In this document: in pieces, positions 30,400-40,905 of the stretch
How the letters are laid out: each line of letters starts with the position of its first letter
How positions within the stretch are numbered: the stretch's first letter is position 1
IMG/VR virus record: IMGVR_UViG_3300031920_000193
Origin: a virus
DNA: 64,000 nucleotides
Direction: 5' to 3' (one strand)
Position numbers and translations under genes: made by a program
The notes under the pieces: generated by a model
What the model saw: only the letters and a program-made list of their open reading frames with translations
What the model was told of the DNA's origin: nothing
Databases searched by the model: none

Positions 30400-30687
30400 T
30401 TAATTGTTTATTTGTTTATGTTTAGTATTGGCTACCTTAAATGCTTCAAGACACTCTTTTAACATCAATTCAACATCATTCATTTCATCCGCACGATATG
30501 TTAGATAAAAACCATCTTTTTTAGTTCCACCCATTGAGACTCTCATACATTGGGGGTCGGTTGGTTCTTTTACGATCTTAATGTCACGGTTCTGTTTGTT
30601 TTTAATTAAAAAATCCATAGTTATATATTTTTGTTCCACATTTATATTACTCTTCTTCATCTTCTTCTTCATAAACATGATCACCAT
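30400..30687 (-). CDS. hypothetical protein
   Basis: ORF in - block. Confidence 0.6.
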   Translation of the reverse strand: MVIMFMKKKMKKSNINVEQKYITMDFLIKNKQNRDIKIVKEPTDPQCMRVSMGGTKKDGFYLTYRADEMNDVELMLKECLEAFKVANTKHKQINN

Positions 30688-30883
30688 CTACATTACAATG
30701 CTCTGGTGGGTAACCGTGCTTTAATATTGTAAAGAATCTTAATGTTCGATTATAAAATGCGTATATAACAGTAAATATAGCACTAAATAAAATTAAAAAA
30801 CCAAGAAATGTCATAAAACTACTAAAGATGATGTTAATGAATTCTACCATGATTATATATTTATTTAAAATTTTACACTCCAA
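30647..30883 (-). CDS. small membrane protein
   Basis: long hydrophobic helix and acidic tail. Confidence 0.6.
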   Translation of the reverse strand: MECKILNKYIIMVEFINIIFSSFMTFLGFLILFSAIFTVIYAFYNRTLRFFTILKHGYPPEHCNVDGDHVYEEEDEEE

Positions 30884-31111
30884 AGATATATAACTGTATT
30901 TAATTTTCCAAATTATATCTATTATTTTGGTATTATACGAATTATTATTTATATTTGTTGCGTGAATATAAAAAATAATTCATGAGTAGAAGGACAAAAA
31001 TAAATTTCGAATCAATAAACAAAGGGAATTACACAATAATTAATCCCAAACTTATTGCTGAAGCAAATAAAAGAATAAAACAAGCAATAGGTAAATTACG
31101 ATTTAAAAAAT

Positions 31112-31333
31112 ATGGATAAAGTTGGTGAATATTTAAAAGTTATCAATGATAACATGGTAGTGGTGATAATGTTATTATTTATGTTTGGTTTATTTATAAT
31201 GAGTATTGTTTATGTAATAAAATTCATAATAAAATTAATCAATAAAATATTTAAGAAAAAACCTATGATTGATTATGAACATAAATTAGGTGGATTTAAA
31301 CCAAAATTAAGAAATCCATATTCACTATCATGA
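31112..31333 (+). CDS. small membrane protein
   Basis: one TM helix. Confidence 0.6.
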   Translation: MDKVGEYLKVINDNMVVVIMLLFMFGLFIMSIVYVIKFIIKLINKIFKKKPMIDYEHKLGGFKPKLRNPYSLS

Positions 31334-31466
31334 AATACGATCCAGAAAATGTACCTAAAGACAACAGAACTACAGAAGAAAGGTTTGAAGATATAATGAC
31401 ATTCATTAATCAATTAAATGAATTCGATGAAGTAAGTAAAAAAAGTAAATTAAGATTTGATTAAAG

Positions 31467-31494
31467 CGTAACCTTATTTAAATAATATCGTATA
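31467..31494 (+). promoter_or_regulatory. phage promoter variant CGTAAC-N16-CGTATA
   Basis: one mismatch; correct spacing and orientation. Confidence 0.65.
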
Positions 31495-31515
31495 TAAACA
31501 ATAAAAACAATTAAA

Positions 31516-32643
31516 ATGGAAAAAAATTCAAGTAACAACAACGATTCAGTAAGACTGAAAAAGAAAAGCTGGCATTTTAAGTTAGCTAAATTTGTATATG
31601 GTAGGTTGGCAGAACACCCATATAAAACAGAAAATTTCTGTCTCTATTTTTGGATGGTAATGTCATGTTTTCTACTATTACCTTTCGTTACCTTAATTAA
31701 AATAATAATACTACCACATACATTAATGGATCGATATTTCCTACAAAAATATGATATGTGGCTTGAAGGTCTAACATCAGAACAAATTATTTTAGATTAT
31801 GAAATTTATGGTTATAAAATAAGAAAACCATTTCGATATCGTAAATATAAAAATGATGGAATACTTAGTGATTGGTTTTTTAGAAAATTTGGTCATAGTC
31901 TTCACTCTGATAAAGGTAATAAAATATTTGAAGACCTCTCAAAAGAAGAAGAAAAGAGTGTTATTAAATGGAGGGAAATAAAAGCTGCTGAAGATAAAGC
32001 AACAGTAGATAGATATAAGAAAAAACAAGAAAGAGCAGCACGGATTGAAGCTAAATTCAATAAAATAACTACTCTTTGGGATATATTAATAAAGAAACTT
32101 TCAATTGATTTCACTAAAATATCCAACATAGTAAAATGGACTAAAAGAATGTTTGGTTTGATCATAACCGGAACTATCTTAGTTGCTGTATATTTTATTG
32201 TTTCTTGGTCTTCACAATTTATTCTCTGGTTAACCGAGATAATTACACAAGAACATCTTATGTGGGCATTAGCTATAGTTATAGTAATTGGTGTTTTAGT
32301 TGGTTTTGGTATTGGTTTGTGGTATGTTATTAAATCAACATTTAGTTGGTTATATGATTTATTTACAAGGTTATATGATTTATTTACAATAAAATCAGAT
32401 AGTGCGTTAGCCAAAGCATCATTATATTTAATCGTATACCCAATTAAATACTTAGTGTGGTATCCAATTAAATTTATCTTCTATCATTTCCTATGGAAAT
32501 TAATATGTGTTAGGGTAGTTGCTGGTTTATCTGTAGCCATTTGGAATGCACTTTTCGAATCATCAGGTATCTTCGGTGAATACTTTAGAAGATCAAAAGG
32601 TGATATGTGCCCGGTTATTGAGTGGGTTGATGATAACGAGTAA
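31516..32643 (+). CDS. multi-pass membrane protein
   Basis: several hydrophobic helices around a coiled segment. Confidence 0.8.
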   Translation: MEKNSSNNNDSVRLKKKSWHFKLAKFVYGRLAEHPYKTENFCLYFWMVMSCFLLLPFVTLIKIIILPHTLMDRYFLQKYDMWLEGLTSEQIILDYEIYGYKIRKPFRYRKYKNDGILSDWFFRKFGHSLHSDKGNKIFEDLSKEEEKSVIKWREIKAAEDKATVDRYKKKQERAARIEAKFNKITTLWDILIKKLSIDFTKISNIVKWTKRMFGLIITGTILVAVYFIVSWSSQFILWLTEIITQEHLMWALAIVIVIGVLVGFGIGLWYVIKSTFSWLYDLFTRLYDLFTIKSDSALAKASLYLIVYPIKYLVWYPIKFIFYHFLWKLICVRVVAGLSVAIWNALFESSGIFGEYFRRSKGDMCPVIEWVDDNE

Positions 32644-32666
32644 TATTAATTTAAAAACTTAAAATT

Positions 32667-33239
32667 ATGAATACTTATTTAGTTACCTCAATTTTAATAT
32701 TTATTTTATGTGTTATTTATTATGGTAAAAAGGCAAAGAAGAATTGGTTTATTATAGTTATGGCTGTGTTTGTTGGTTCATTAATATCAACATCTGTAGT
32801 AACTGGTCTTAAAAAAAAGGATTTAGATCAGGAACAGTATATTGTAAAGACTAAAAATTTACGTATTGTATTTACTGTTGACTATCGTAGACCTACAGAC
32901 ACTGTAAGTTGTCAGTATCATGTATCTAATCAGCAGGAATCATTCTATATCAATAAAGAAGGTAATTCTTGTTCTCATGATTCGGTAACTTTTGCTGTTA
33001 TCCATGATTCAATCCCGGAAATGTATGTTAAGATAAAAAATCGATATATTCCGGATGGTAATAGATGGATAAGTGGTGCTGCATTACCTAGATTTAATAA
33101 ACAACACTATGTTTTACTACATCAGTGGGAATTAGATACTATTTGTAATCAACATAAAACAATTAATTATGTCACAGCAGATGAACTCAGTTGGTACAAC
33201 AAAGCAGAAGAAGATAAACTTGTTGCGGTTGTTGATTAA
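32667..33239 (+). CDS. membrane-anchored protein
   Basis: two N-terminal TM helices. Confidence 0.7.
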   Translation: MNTYLVTSILIFILCVIYYGKKAKKNWFIIVMAVFVGSLISTSVVTGLKKKDLDQEQYIVKTKNLRIVFTVDYRRPTDTVSCQYHVSNQQESFYINKEGNSCSHDSVTFAVIHDSIPEMYVKIKNRYIPDGNRWISGAALPRFNKQHYVLLHQWELDTICNQHKTINYVTADELSWYNKAEEDKLVAVVD

Positions 33240-33459
33240 AAAAGAAGGTGTTTTTTGGAGAGAAAGGTTCGCCAAAGCATGGTCTGAAATGTCTATAGGT
33301 GCTAGATTTACCATATTCATTGTTTTATTCGGACCACTTTTAATCCTTTGGCACTATGCTACTGTTTTTATTCACGTATGTTATGAGACTTATCTCTACA
33401 CATTTAAAAACAGTAAATATAAAACCAATTTAGTTGTAATGTATAATATGGGGGTTTAA
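33169..33459 (+). CDS. small membrane protein (start uncertain)
   Basis: hydrophobic segment; 5' overlap. Confidence 0.5.
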   Translation: MSQQMNSVGTTKQKKINLLRLLIKKEGVFWRERFAKAWSEMSIGARFTIFIVLFGPLLILWHYATVFIHVCYETYLYTFKNSKYKTNLVVMYNMGV

Positions 33460-33460
33460 T

Positions 33461-34111
33461 ATGGAAAAATATCATAAAATACAAACGATTTATAAAAGAG
33501 ATATGCAAAATAATGGTAAAACTCTTTTAATCGGTGATTATTCTATGCCTGAATTTGAATATCTTAAAGATAATATTTGGGTTTGGACTGAAAAAATTGA
33601 TGGTACTAACACACGTATTAAATGGGATGGTCAAAATGTAAGATTTGGCGGTAAAACAGATAGTGCTCAAATACCGACTAATCTACTTGATACTTTGCAA
33701 GATACTTTCGTTAAAGATATTATTAATGATACTTTTCCCGGTATAATTGAAACAGAAAGTAAAGTATGTCTTTATGGGGAGGGTTATGGTGCTAAAATAC
33801 AAAAAGGTGGTGGAAATTATATTCCAGACCATGCAGATTTCATACTCTTTGATGTTAAAATTGATAATTGGTGGCTTAAAAGAGATGCGAAAGAAGATAT
33901 TGCGAATAAATTAGGTATTAAAATAGTACCAATTATTGGTAAAGGTACTCTTGATGATGCGATTAGATTAGTTAAAGAAGGATTTACATCAAAGATCGCA
34001 TATAATAAGGATCACATGGCTGAAGGTCTTATTTTAACACCTGAAGTAGAACTATTTAATAGAAAAGGTGAACGTATCATAACAAAAATAAAACATAAAG
34101 ATTTTAGATAA
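33461..34111 (+). CDS. ATP-dependent RNA ligase (Rnl2-like adenylation domain)
   Basis: motif I TEKIDGTN, LYGEGYG, FILFDV, motif IV AEGLIL, motif V ITKIK. Confidence 0.9.
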   Translation: MEKYHKIQTIYKRDMQNNGKTLLIGDYSMPEFEYLKDNIWVWTEKIDGTNTRIKWDGQNVRFGGKTDSAQIPTNLLDTLQDTFVKDIINDTFPGIIETESKVCLYGEGYGAKIQKGGGNYIPDHADFILFDVKIDNWWLKRDAKEDIANKLGIKIVPIIGKGTLDDAIRLVKEGFTSKIAYNKDHMAEGLILTPEVELFNRKGERIITKIKHKDFR

Positions 34112-34118
34112 TAATTTA

Positions 34119-34408
34119 ATGAATAAAGAAAAACTTTTTAAAAAATATAAAATTGATGAATCCCACAGTGAATGGGATGATAAAATAGATAATTGGATAT
34201 CTGTGGAATTATATCGTGTTATGCATGATGGTAATTTACCACCACAGGGTGATATGTCTGTAAGTTGGATTACTGAATGTTTTATAGTGATTCATCATTT
34301 AAAAATTCAGTAATGAATAGAGAAGATTTCGGAAGTTTATATCTTACAGGTAAAAGAATGATTTATTCCCTTTCTGATTTAATATTAGAAGATATTAAAA
34401 ATGGGTAA
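34119..34408 (+). pseudogene. hypothetical gene, apparently frameshifted near 34280
   Basis: 34119-34313 ORF; a second frame reads SDSSFKNSVMNREDFGSLYLTGKRMIYSLS... to about 34408. Confidence 0.4.
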
Positions 34409-34670
34409 AGGAAAAAAAAGACATAATCCAACAAAACCACAAAATTTATATGGTGGTGATTATAAATGTATCCAATATGATACTAGAAAAGATGGTACTG
34501 AATGGTGTCATGATGATGGGTATATGGGAGAATATGTTAAATGGGATAAAAATGATAATAATGGTAAATTATCTTGTAAAGGTAATCGACATAATTGTAT
34601 GAAGCTAAAACTAAAATGGTTAGCTTCTTTGTCTGAAAAAGTAAAGGATAAATATCTTAAAACTGAATAA
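34401..34670 (+). CDS. hypothetical protein
   Basis: ORF in + block. Confidence 0.65.
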   Translation: MGKGKKRHNPTKPQNLYGGDYKCIQYDTRKDGTEWCHDDGYMGEYVKWDKNDNNGKLSCKGNRHNCMKLKLKWLASLSEKVKDKYLKTE

Positions 34671-34676
34671 TTAACT

Positions 34677-34955
34677 GTGAAACGTGAAATAACTATAACA
34701 ATTAATGTTGAAATTTCAGATAGTTTTGAAACAGATGACACCATTGGAAGGATATATTATCCCAATGAAGGTAATAAGATTCAAATTATAAAAGGTCTAA
34801 ACAGTATTGAATTCAGTGATACTGTTCATCATGAAATTGGTCATTTATTTGATTGGTATCTTTCAAATGGAATACAATCGAAAGACGTTAATATTAGAGA
34901 AACAAACGCAAACATTATCGGTGAGGGTTTAAGATTTAAAAAATCACTGCTTTAA
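34677..34955 (+). CDS. small protein with HExxH (zincin-like) motif
   Basis: TVHHEIGHLFD...E..A. Confidence 0.55.
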   Translation: MKREITITINVEISDSFETDDTIGRIYYPNEGNKIQIIKGLNSIEFSDTVHHEIGHLFDWYLSNGIQSKDVNIRETNANIIGEGLRFKKSLL

Positions 34956-35287
34956 GACTCAATGTATTCAACATTTTTTATTGGTTCTTTAACCAACATA
35001 TCAAAATTCTCAGTTAATATTTGTTTCTCTTCAAGAGATAGTGTGTTGATCTTATTTATTAGATTATGATTTATTTCATACAGTAGACTAACATCCGGTC
35101 TTTTATCCATAGGGATATCTTTAAATACAAGATCAATCTTACTTCTAAACTCTTTAATAACTTTTTTGGACCAATATTTTATTTCTCTTTGAAATATATT
35201 TTCACCTTCAAATTCTTCTAATTCATCAACGAATATTTGTCCAAATACTAATACATCAATAACACTATCTGATTTACTTTTTTCCAT
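34952..35287 (-). CDS. hypothetical protein
   Basis: convergent 4-nt overlap with + gene. Confidence 0.65.
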   Translation of the reverse strand: MEKSKSDSVIDVLVFGQIFVDELEEFEGENIFQREIKYWSKKVIKEFRSKIDLVFKDIPMDKRPDVSLLYEINHNLINKINTLSLEEKQILTENFDMLVKEPIKNVEYIES

Positions 35288-35486
35288 GTTTATCTGATTT
35301 AAATTTGTGGTTGTATTTTATTGTTATTTCTTCACTAACTGGAAAACTATCTAATATTGTTTCAATATTATCATTGAGATATTTAACCGTTTCTTCAATA
35401 CTATTGAATCCTAAGTTATTATACACTTCATAATAGTCTTTATTTGGGGTTTCTTGATACCAAGTTTTAAGTATTATTTCATACAT
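35274..35486 (-). CDS. hypothetical protein
   Basis: ORF in - block. Confidence 0.6.
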   Translation of the reverse strand: MYEIILKTWYQETPNKDYYEVYNNLGFNSIEETVKYLNDNIETILDSFPVSEEITIKYNHKFKSDKHGKK

Positions 35487-35487
35487 A

Positions 35488-35856
35488 TTATTCGTTATCT
35501 AAATATTCACCAACTAATTTTTTCCACAATTGAGCAGTAGGTGAGGTTAATCTTATATCTCTAGAATATATCCAAAATACTGTGATCATACTATAACAAC
35601 CTACATCATATTCTAATATATTATATCTTTCCCTACGAAATTCATTAAAGGATTTATCCATTTGCTTACAATATAATTCAAGTTCACCATCGTTGAAAAT
35701 CTCACCATCTAATTCATCAACAAGGGGTTTGAAGTGTTCTATATCAAGGATATTCTGACCAATAAGTTCTCTAACTCTGGCAGCTTTCTCGAAATCTATT
35801 GGGGGTAGTTGTATCATTACATTCGCATTTTTTTCCAATCTTCCTTTTTCCACCAT
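35488..35856 (-). CDS. hypothetical protein
   Basis: ORF in - block. Confidence 0.65.
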   Translation of the reverse strand: MVEKGRLEKNANVMIQLPPIDFEKAARVRELIGQNILDIEHFKPLVDELDGEIFNDGELELYCKQMDKSFNEFRRERYNILEYDVGCYSMITVFWIYSRDIRLTSPTAQLWKKLVGEYLDNE

Positions 35857-36163
35857 TTTCCCTGTGAGTCTTTAATATAATTATCCTCTTTCCCAACTGG
35901 TATAAAATCAATTGGTTCTTTACCTGCAGGTACAAATCTTGGTCCATCATCACCGTCATTAAATCCTTTTCCGTAGTATCCCATAAAATTTAATTTTGGA
36001 TGTTTTTAATATCATCAATAATTTCATTACATAATGATTGTGCTGCCAGATTAGAACCTCTATCATAATCATCAATAGTGATGGTTTTATACACTTCTTT
36101 TAGATTAAGAAGTTTATCTTCATATTTTTTCAATAACGAATCTAATTCATCTACCATATTATT

Positions 36164-36643
36164 TCATTTTTTTCTTAGTTTATCACCATTGACATAGAAT
36201 TTCTTATTATGTTCTTCTGCTGTTATTACTGCAGGTGGTTGTATCATTACCCCAAGTGCTTTCTGGAATAAAGCAATTTGTTCCATTGTAATTAAATTTT
36301 CTATATTTAACAGAGCAGTGATTTTAATCCTATTTAAACCAGTTAATTCAGATAACTTCTTCACTGTGTACCCTTTCTGTTCAATCACCTCAATTAGGGG
36401 TGCGAGAAGCCTTGATTGGACCATTTTGGTCTCATGTTCTTGGTCGTAATCTTTGGGTTTAACGATTTTACTGTATTTAGATATTTTTTCTTTTAATTTA
36501 TCAACTTTTTCCTCGTCACATTCATGGTCAAAATATTCCCAACGTAAAAAATTATCACCGATTATATTTGATTCAGTATCATGAATAGCTCTTGCTATAT
36601 CTTTTCCACATATAAAACATTTTGGGTTTTCTCTTATTATCAT
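36164..36643 (-). CDS. XRE/cro-type helix-turn-helix protein
   Basis: IEQKGYTVKKLSELTGLNRIKITALLN...ITMEQIALFQKALG; N-terminal CxxC. Confidence 0.78.
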   Translation of the reverse strand: MIIRENPKCFICGKDIARAIHDTESNIIGDNFLRWEYFDHECDEEKVDKLKEKISKYSKIVKPKDYDQEHETKMVQSRLLAPLIEVIEQKGYTVKKLSELTGLNRIKITALLNIENLITMEQIALFQKALGVMIQPPAVITAEEHNKKFYVNGDKLRKK

Positions 36644-36678
36644 AATATATATTCTTATACGTTAATTTATTTAATTAG

Positions 36679-37233
36679 TTACGAATTACAATCAAAAACT
36701 CCCCGGATCATAATATCTCTTATACCCTTCATTTGATAATCTTCTTGTTTGTTCAAAATATTATCTAACAAATGATGTAACTCTTTTCTATTATGAACCA
36801 AATTTCCTACCTCAAATGATAATTTTAATAATCGATATGGTTTTGAACTAAAAGGATCATATGTAATAGGAGAAAGCCATGCATCATTTTTAATTGGATT
36901 AAATGGTCCGTTTATTTTCTCAGGATCAAAACTTTCCGGAGAGAAAAAAATACTATATAAATATAATTTACCTTTGAAACCTTTAAAATCATCACCTAAC
37001 TTTATAACATCAACTTTTAATGGTGTATTATTATCATCAACAAAAGTTAAATCATCAATAATTATTAATTCATTAACGTCTTTAAACTCATCACACTTTA
37101 AAATCTCTTCTTTTATTAGAAAAAGTTGTGGTGATGTTAAACCATCATGATCGCTGTGAATTTTCGGTGATAATTTATCACCTAAGTCTTCTATTAATTC
37201 TTTTATTTTCATATTATTTACTATAATTAACAA
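36679..37233 (-). CDS. hypothetical protein
   Basis: ORF in - block. Confidence 0.7.
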   Translation of the reverse strand: MLIIVNNMKIKELIEDLGDKLSPKIHSDHDGLTSPQLFLIKEEILKCDEFKDVNELIIIDDLTFVDDNNTPLKVDVIKLGDDFKGFKGKLYLYSIFFSPESFDPEKINGPFNPIKNDAWLSPITYDPFSSKPYRLLKLSFEVGNLVHNRKELHHLLDNILNKQEDYQMKGIRDIMIRGVFDCNS

Positions 37234-37577
37234 ACATCACTATCTCTTAATTTCAACATCCATCTACTTAATTCAATAGTATCATTAAATGTAAAAACTT
37301 CACGTTGTTCCATAGCATTTTCAATACTATCATAAAAACTACCACCATAATATCTAGGTTTTCCTTGTGAATCACCTAATGGAACAAAACCAAACTTATT
37401 TTGTATCGTACCAGCACGAATTTCACCACTTGAACCCAAACGAGCAAGAACAGCAACATTTGGACTGTTTTTACATTGGTATGCAACTATCTCACGCCCA
37501 TCAAGAGAACTTAATTTAATTTCGGTTACTGAATCAGTTACTATTTTTTTCATAATAAAAATTTTTAAACACATCAA
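37227..37577 (-). CDS. hypothetical protein
   Basis: ORF in - block. Confidence 0.65.
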   Translation of the reverse strand: MMCLKIFIMKKIVTDSVTEIKLSSLDGREIVAYQCKNSPNVAVLARLGSSGEIRAGTIQNKFGFVPLGDSQGKPRYYGGSFYDSIENAMEQREVFTFNDTIELSRWMLKLRDSDVC

Positions 37578-37610
37578 AAATATATAATCTATTTTGATTT
37601 ACCAAATATT

Positions 37611-38123
37611 ATGATTAGTTTTGATGTCTTTAAAAATCATAAGATGGATTTTGCTAAAAATAGAAGAAAAAAGTGGTACAAAGAAAAGACCAAGCTGCAG
37701 AAACTTTTAATTAGAATTTTTACCCCGGCAAGATATGGTTTTTGTTATGCTCACGATGAAAAAGAATTCAACCACATAACAACATATAAGGAATGTTTCT
37801 GGTGCACACATCACAGGAAATTAAATAAAAGAGTAGCAAGAGAGGGTACGCAGTTAAATAATACTTTAAATATGGAAGATATTAATGAATATAATGAAAC
37901 AATGGTTGCACGAAATCTTATTCACAACCACACAATTGGGGGTTTAAGGGATAATACTGATTTAGATAATGCAAAATATCATGCGAAAATCTCAATTGGG
38001 TTTGTTAATGACATACTTACTAATATTAAAGGCACGTCTGAAGATAAGATTAAATTCTTAGATAAATTAAGTAAAGAAATACCTAAATTCACTGGTAAAA
38101 AACCCGAAAAAAATGACAGATAA
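37611..38123 (+). CDS. hypothetical protein
   Basis: first ORF of + block. Confidence 0.6.
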   Translation: MISFDVFKNHKMDFAKNRRKKWYKEKTKLQKLLIRIFTPARYGFCYAHDEKEFNHITTYKECFWCTHHRKLNKRVAREGTQLNNTLNMEDINEYNETMVARNLIHNHTIGGLRDNTDLDNAKYHAKISIGFVNDILTNIKGTSEDKIKFLDKLSKEIPKFTGKKPEKNDR

Positions 38124-38661
38124 AGAAAAAATACATAACATGGCAGCATGTATGTTATCAATATTAGATTCATTGAAACTATTTGATAATAGTAGTCTAC
38201 TCACAGAAAATGAGACACTAAGTGAGATTATGTTCCGAAAGATGAAAGGATATGATATTGATCTTAATAAAGAACTTGATTTTACTCACTTAACACCTGT
38301 GACAAAAAAAGATAGCAATAAGATAAAGTTATCGGATAAAATGAAAAAAATAATATCATCATTTAAATCTATGAATATTCAATGTAATGAAATATATACC
38401 TTAATGTGTGCTTTTGCAATTGAAAATAAGATTCCTTATGGTATTGGATTACACTCTGAGATATTGATTGATATTGGGTTAACCGAAGAACAAAAAGATG
38501 CATTGGAGGTATTAAATGATCAATTGTGCTTATCTGAATACACAACTAAAGCTAGTTTTGTTATTCTGAGACAATTAGAAGCAATGGGACTTGCTGAATT
38601 AAAAGATGATAAAAGAAGCACAGTTGCATCTTGGTTTCCAATTAAACCTTTAGACAAATAA
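38113..38661 (+). CDS. hypothetical protein
   Basis: ORF in + block. Confidence 0.7.
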   Translation: MTDKEKIHNMAACMLSILDSLKLFDNSSLLTENETLSEIMFRKMKGYDIDLNKELDFTHLTPVTKKDSNKIKLSDKMKKIISSFKSMNIQCNEIYTLMCAFAIENKIPYGIGLHSEILIDIGLTEEQKDALEVLNDQLCLSEYTTKASFVILRQLEAMGLAELKDDKRSTVASWFPIKPLDK

Positions 38662-38668
38662 AAACACT

Positions 38669-38953
38669 ATGGAAGGACATTTTTTAGATAACGAAAACGT
38701 ATTTGAAGAATTTTTAAATACACTTAACTGCAATCATTGTAGTTTCCTTAAGGACAAAGTATGCACACACGAAAATGCAGGGAAGAATGAGATTGAAAAA
38801 CATAAAGCAAAAAAAGCATTCAATGATGCATATATAGATGGATGGAAAGATACACCCGAACCAGTATCTAAATCAAGACGTGAAATGCTTAATGGATTTA
38901 AAGAAAGTGCAGACGAGATTAATAGTGTTTTTGTTTGTGAAGATCATGAATAA
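38669..38953 (+). CDS. hypothetical protein
   Basis: CNHC...CTH. Confidence 0.65.
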   Translation: MEGHFLDNENVFEEFLNTLNCNHCSFLKDKVCTHENAGKNEIEKHKAKKAFNDAYIDGWKDTPEPVSKSRREMLNGFKESADEINSVFVCEDHE

Positions 38954-38964
38954 ATAATTCTAAT

Positions 38965-39360
38965 ATGAAAATAATATTTGTAGGTGTTCATAATAAAACT
39001 GAAATGACCCCTTTAGATTCTGAATCTAAAAGCGGGAAATTAATTGATAAAGTCATTGAAAAAGTTGTGCATGAAATTCCATATAACTGGAAAAAAACTA
39101 ATCTATATGATTGTTATTGTTTACCTGATAAATTAGAAAAACATACATTTGCTTTTAATTGGACTTTCAGAGTAAAGGTAGAAGATAATGATATTATTGT
39201 TTTATTGGGTAAAGAGGTCCAAAAAAACTTTATTAATAGATGGAAATCTAAAGTCGTTATGATACCACATCCGGGGAGAATATGGGGAAAAGAAAAGCAA
39301 GATAAGTATGTTGTAGATGCCGTTTCTAAAATCATTAAAACCTCCAAAGATGGTAGATAA
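38965..39360 (+). CDS. uracil-DNA-glycosylase-superfamily-like protein
   Basis: IIFVG...SKSGKLI...TNL...IVLLG...IPHP layout. Confidence 0.6.
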   Translation: MKIIFVGVHNKTEMTPLDSESKSGKLIDKVIEKVVHEIPYNWKKTNLYDCYCLPDKLEKHTFAFNWTFRVKVEDNDIIVLLGKEVQKNFINRWKSKVVMIPHPGRIWGKEKQDKYVVDAVSKIIKTSKDGR

Positions 39361-39456
39361 AAAAGAGGGTTGTGCTCATGTGGATGGGTATCTGTGTGAT
39401 TATCCTGAGTGTACTATGAATACTGATTACGTTAATCAAAATCATTTTTTAGACTA

Positions 39457-39837
39457 ATGAAAAAACTTTTATTAATTTTAGTAACATTAATTATCACAAG
39501 TAATCTTTATAGTGGTGATAGTATTAAGTTTATGAACTATAATGAATTCAAATATGAATTTTCTAAACTTGAAATTGAATCATATAATATTATTAATAAT
39601 CCGGATAGGAGAAAAAAGACATTAAATGAACCTTTAATTTGGTTAGGTGCTGGTGTAATGGGACTCTGTTTAATGGTAAATGGGTTTAATCATAGAACAT
39701 ATGTAAAGAACCCTTATAATGACCAGTCACTATCATTCATTGAAATTAGGAAGGAAACGAATTTAACTTTATTGAATATTGGATGTATTACAACAACCAC
39801 AGGTTTAGTTATTTATCATTTTGTTTATAACTTTTAA
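39457..39837 (+). CDS. putative membrane/secreted protein
   Basis: signal peptide and two hydrophobic segments. Confidence 0.65.
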   Translation: MKKLLLILVTLIITSNLYSGDSIKFMNYNEFKYEFSKLEIESYNIINNPDRRKKTLNEPLIWLGAGVMGLCLMVNGFNHRTYVKNPYNDQSLSFIEIRKETNLTLLNIGCITTTTGLVIYHFVYNF

Positions 39838-39852
39838 TGTGTAGAGATTTTT

Positions 39853-39880
39853 TGTAACCTTTTGGGTTTAATATCGTATA
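39853..39880 (+). promoter_or_regulatory. phage promoter TGTAAC-N16-CGTATA
   Basis: exact consensus. Confidence 0.75.
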
Positions 39881-39887
39881 CTAAACT

Positions 39888-40061
39888 ATGAAATTACTAC
39901 CTGACGAAAAAATAGAATTAGGTGATTCATTTCTTACTTACTTTGGTGAGATAAGAATATGTAAAAGAATAGGTGATCAGAAAACCGGAAGGGTAGCGGA
40001 TTGGAATGGATTTGTTGTATGTAAATCAAGAGAACAAGCATATATAAAAATTAAAAAATGA
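39888..40061 (+). CDS. 57-aa hypothetical protein (below ORF-track cut-off)
   Basis: MKLLPDEKIELGDSF...; just downstream of promoter; ATGA overlap with next gene. Confidence 0.6.
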   Translation: MKLLPDEKIELGDSFLTYFGEIRICKRIGDQKTGRVADWNGFVVCKSREQAYIKIKK

Positions 40062-40891
40062 ATAAAGAAAAACCATTATCGTTTATGTCATCGTTTTTAG
40101 TCCCCACAAAGGATTTAAAACACTATGAATCTATTAGTTTGAAAGTAACATCAAATATTTATCCAAGTGAGGAACTTTTAGGTAATCCTATTTACAAAGT
40201 AGTTCTTCCTGATTTTATGTTTAAGGAACTTGCTGATTCAGAACTACAATTTGCAACCAAACATGATTGGAATAACAAAGCCACTGTTAGTGGATTATTC
40301 AGTGATAAGGCGTTAACACATACATTTAAGAAGACACAAACTTCTCAATTAATGAGTGCGTTGCAAGATTATTTTAGTGAATTAACTACCATTATAAACG
40401 AAAGGCATAGTTTCGAAAAGACAACAGCCAAAAAGAAAATATTTATAAGCTTTCATCACCAAAAAAGACATTCAACCAATAATTTAAATGGTGCATATAG
40501 GGGAGAAATAACTGCCCAACAGTTCCAATATTTCACTGGATATGAAATGATGTCTACCAAATTTGATTCTTTAAATCCAGAACCCCAAAAAACCTATATT
40601 ACTAAGATAAGATATCACTCACCTCAATCCACAACTAGACATCTTGATACAGGATTTAAGGAACAAGATGACTTAGTAATTCAATTGAATAGTGTTAATC
40701 AAAGTAACGAAGCCTTTGAAGATGATTATTCAATTATTGATTGGACTGAAGAACGTGAAGATTTTTGTAAAAAAATACAAGAAATGTTTGATCGTGTGAA
40801 TGCAGACCTATCTAATTTCTTGAACGATATAGATTCAGAAAAGATGGATATGTTAATGTCATCAAATGCTTTGAAATTTTTAACTAAATAA
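40058..40891 (+). CDS. hypothetical protein
   Basis: 277-aa ORF. Confidence 0.8.
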   Translation: MNKEKPLSFMSSFLVPTKDLKHYESISLKVTSNIYPSEELLGNPIYKVVLPDFMFKELADSELQFATKHDWNNKATVSGLFSDKALTHTFKKTQTSQLMSALQDYFSELTTIINERHSFEKTTAKKKIFISFHHQKRHSTNNLNGAYRGEITAQQFQYFTGYEMMSTKFDSLNPEPQKTYITKIRYHSPQSTTRHLDTGFKEQDDLVIQLNSVNQSNEAFEDDYSIIDWTEEREDFCKKIQEMFDRVNADLSNFLNDIDSEKMDMLMSSNALKFLTK

Positions 40892-40905
40892 AAAATAATA
40901 ATAAA

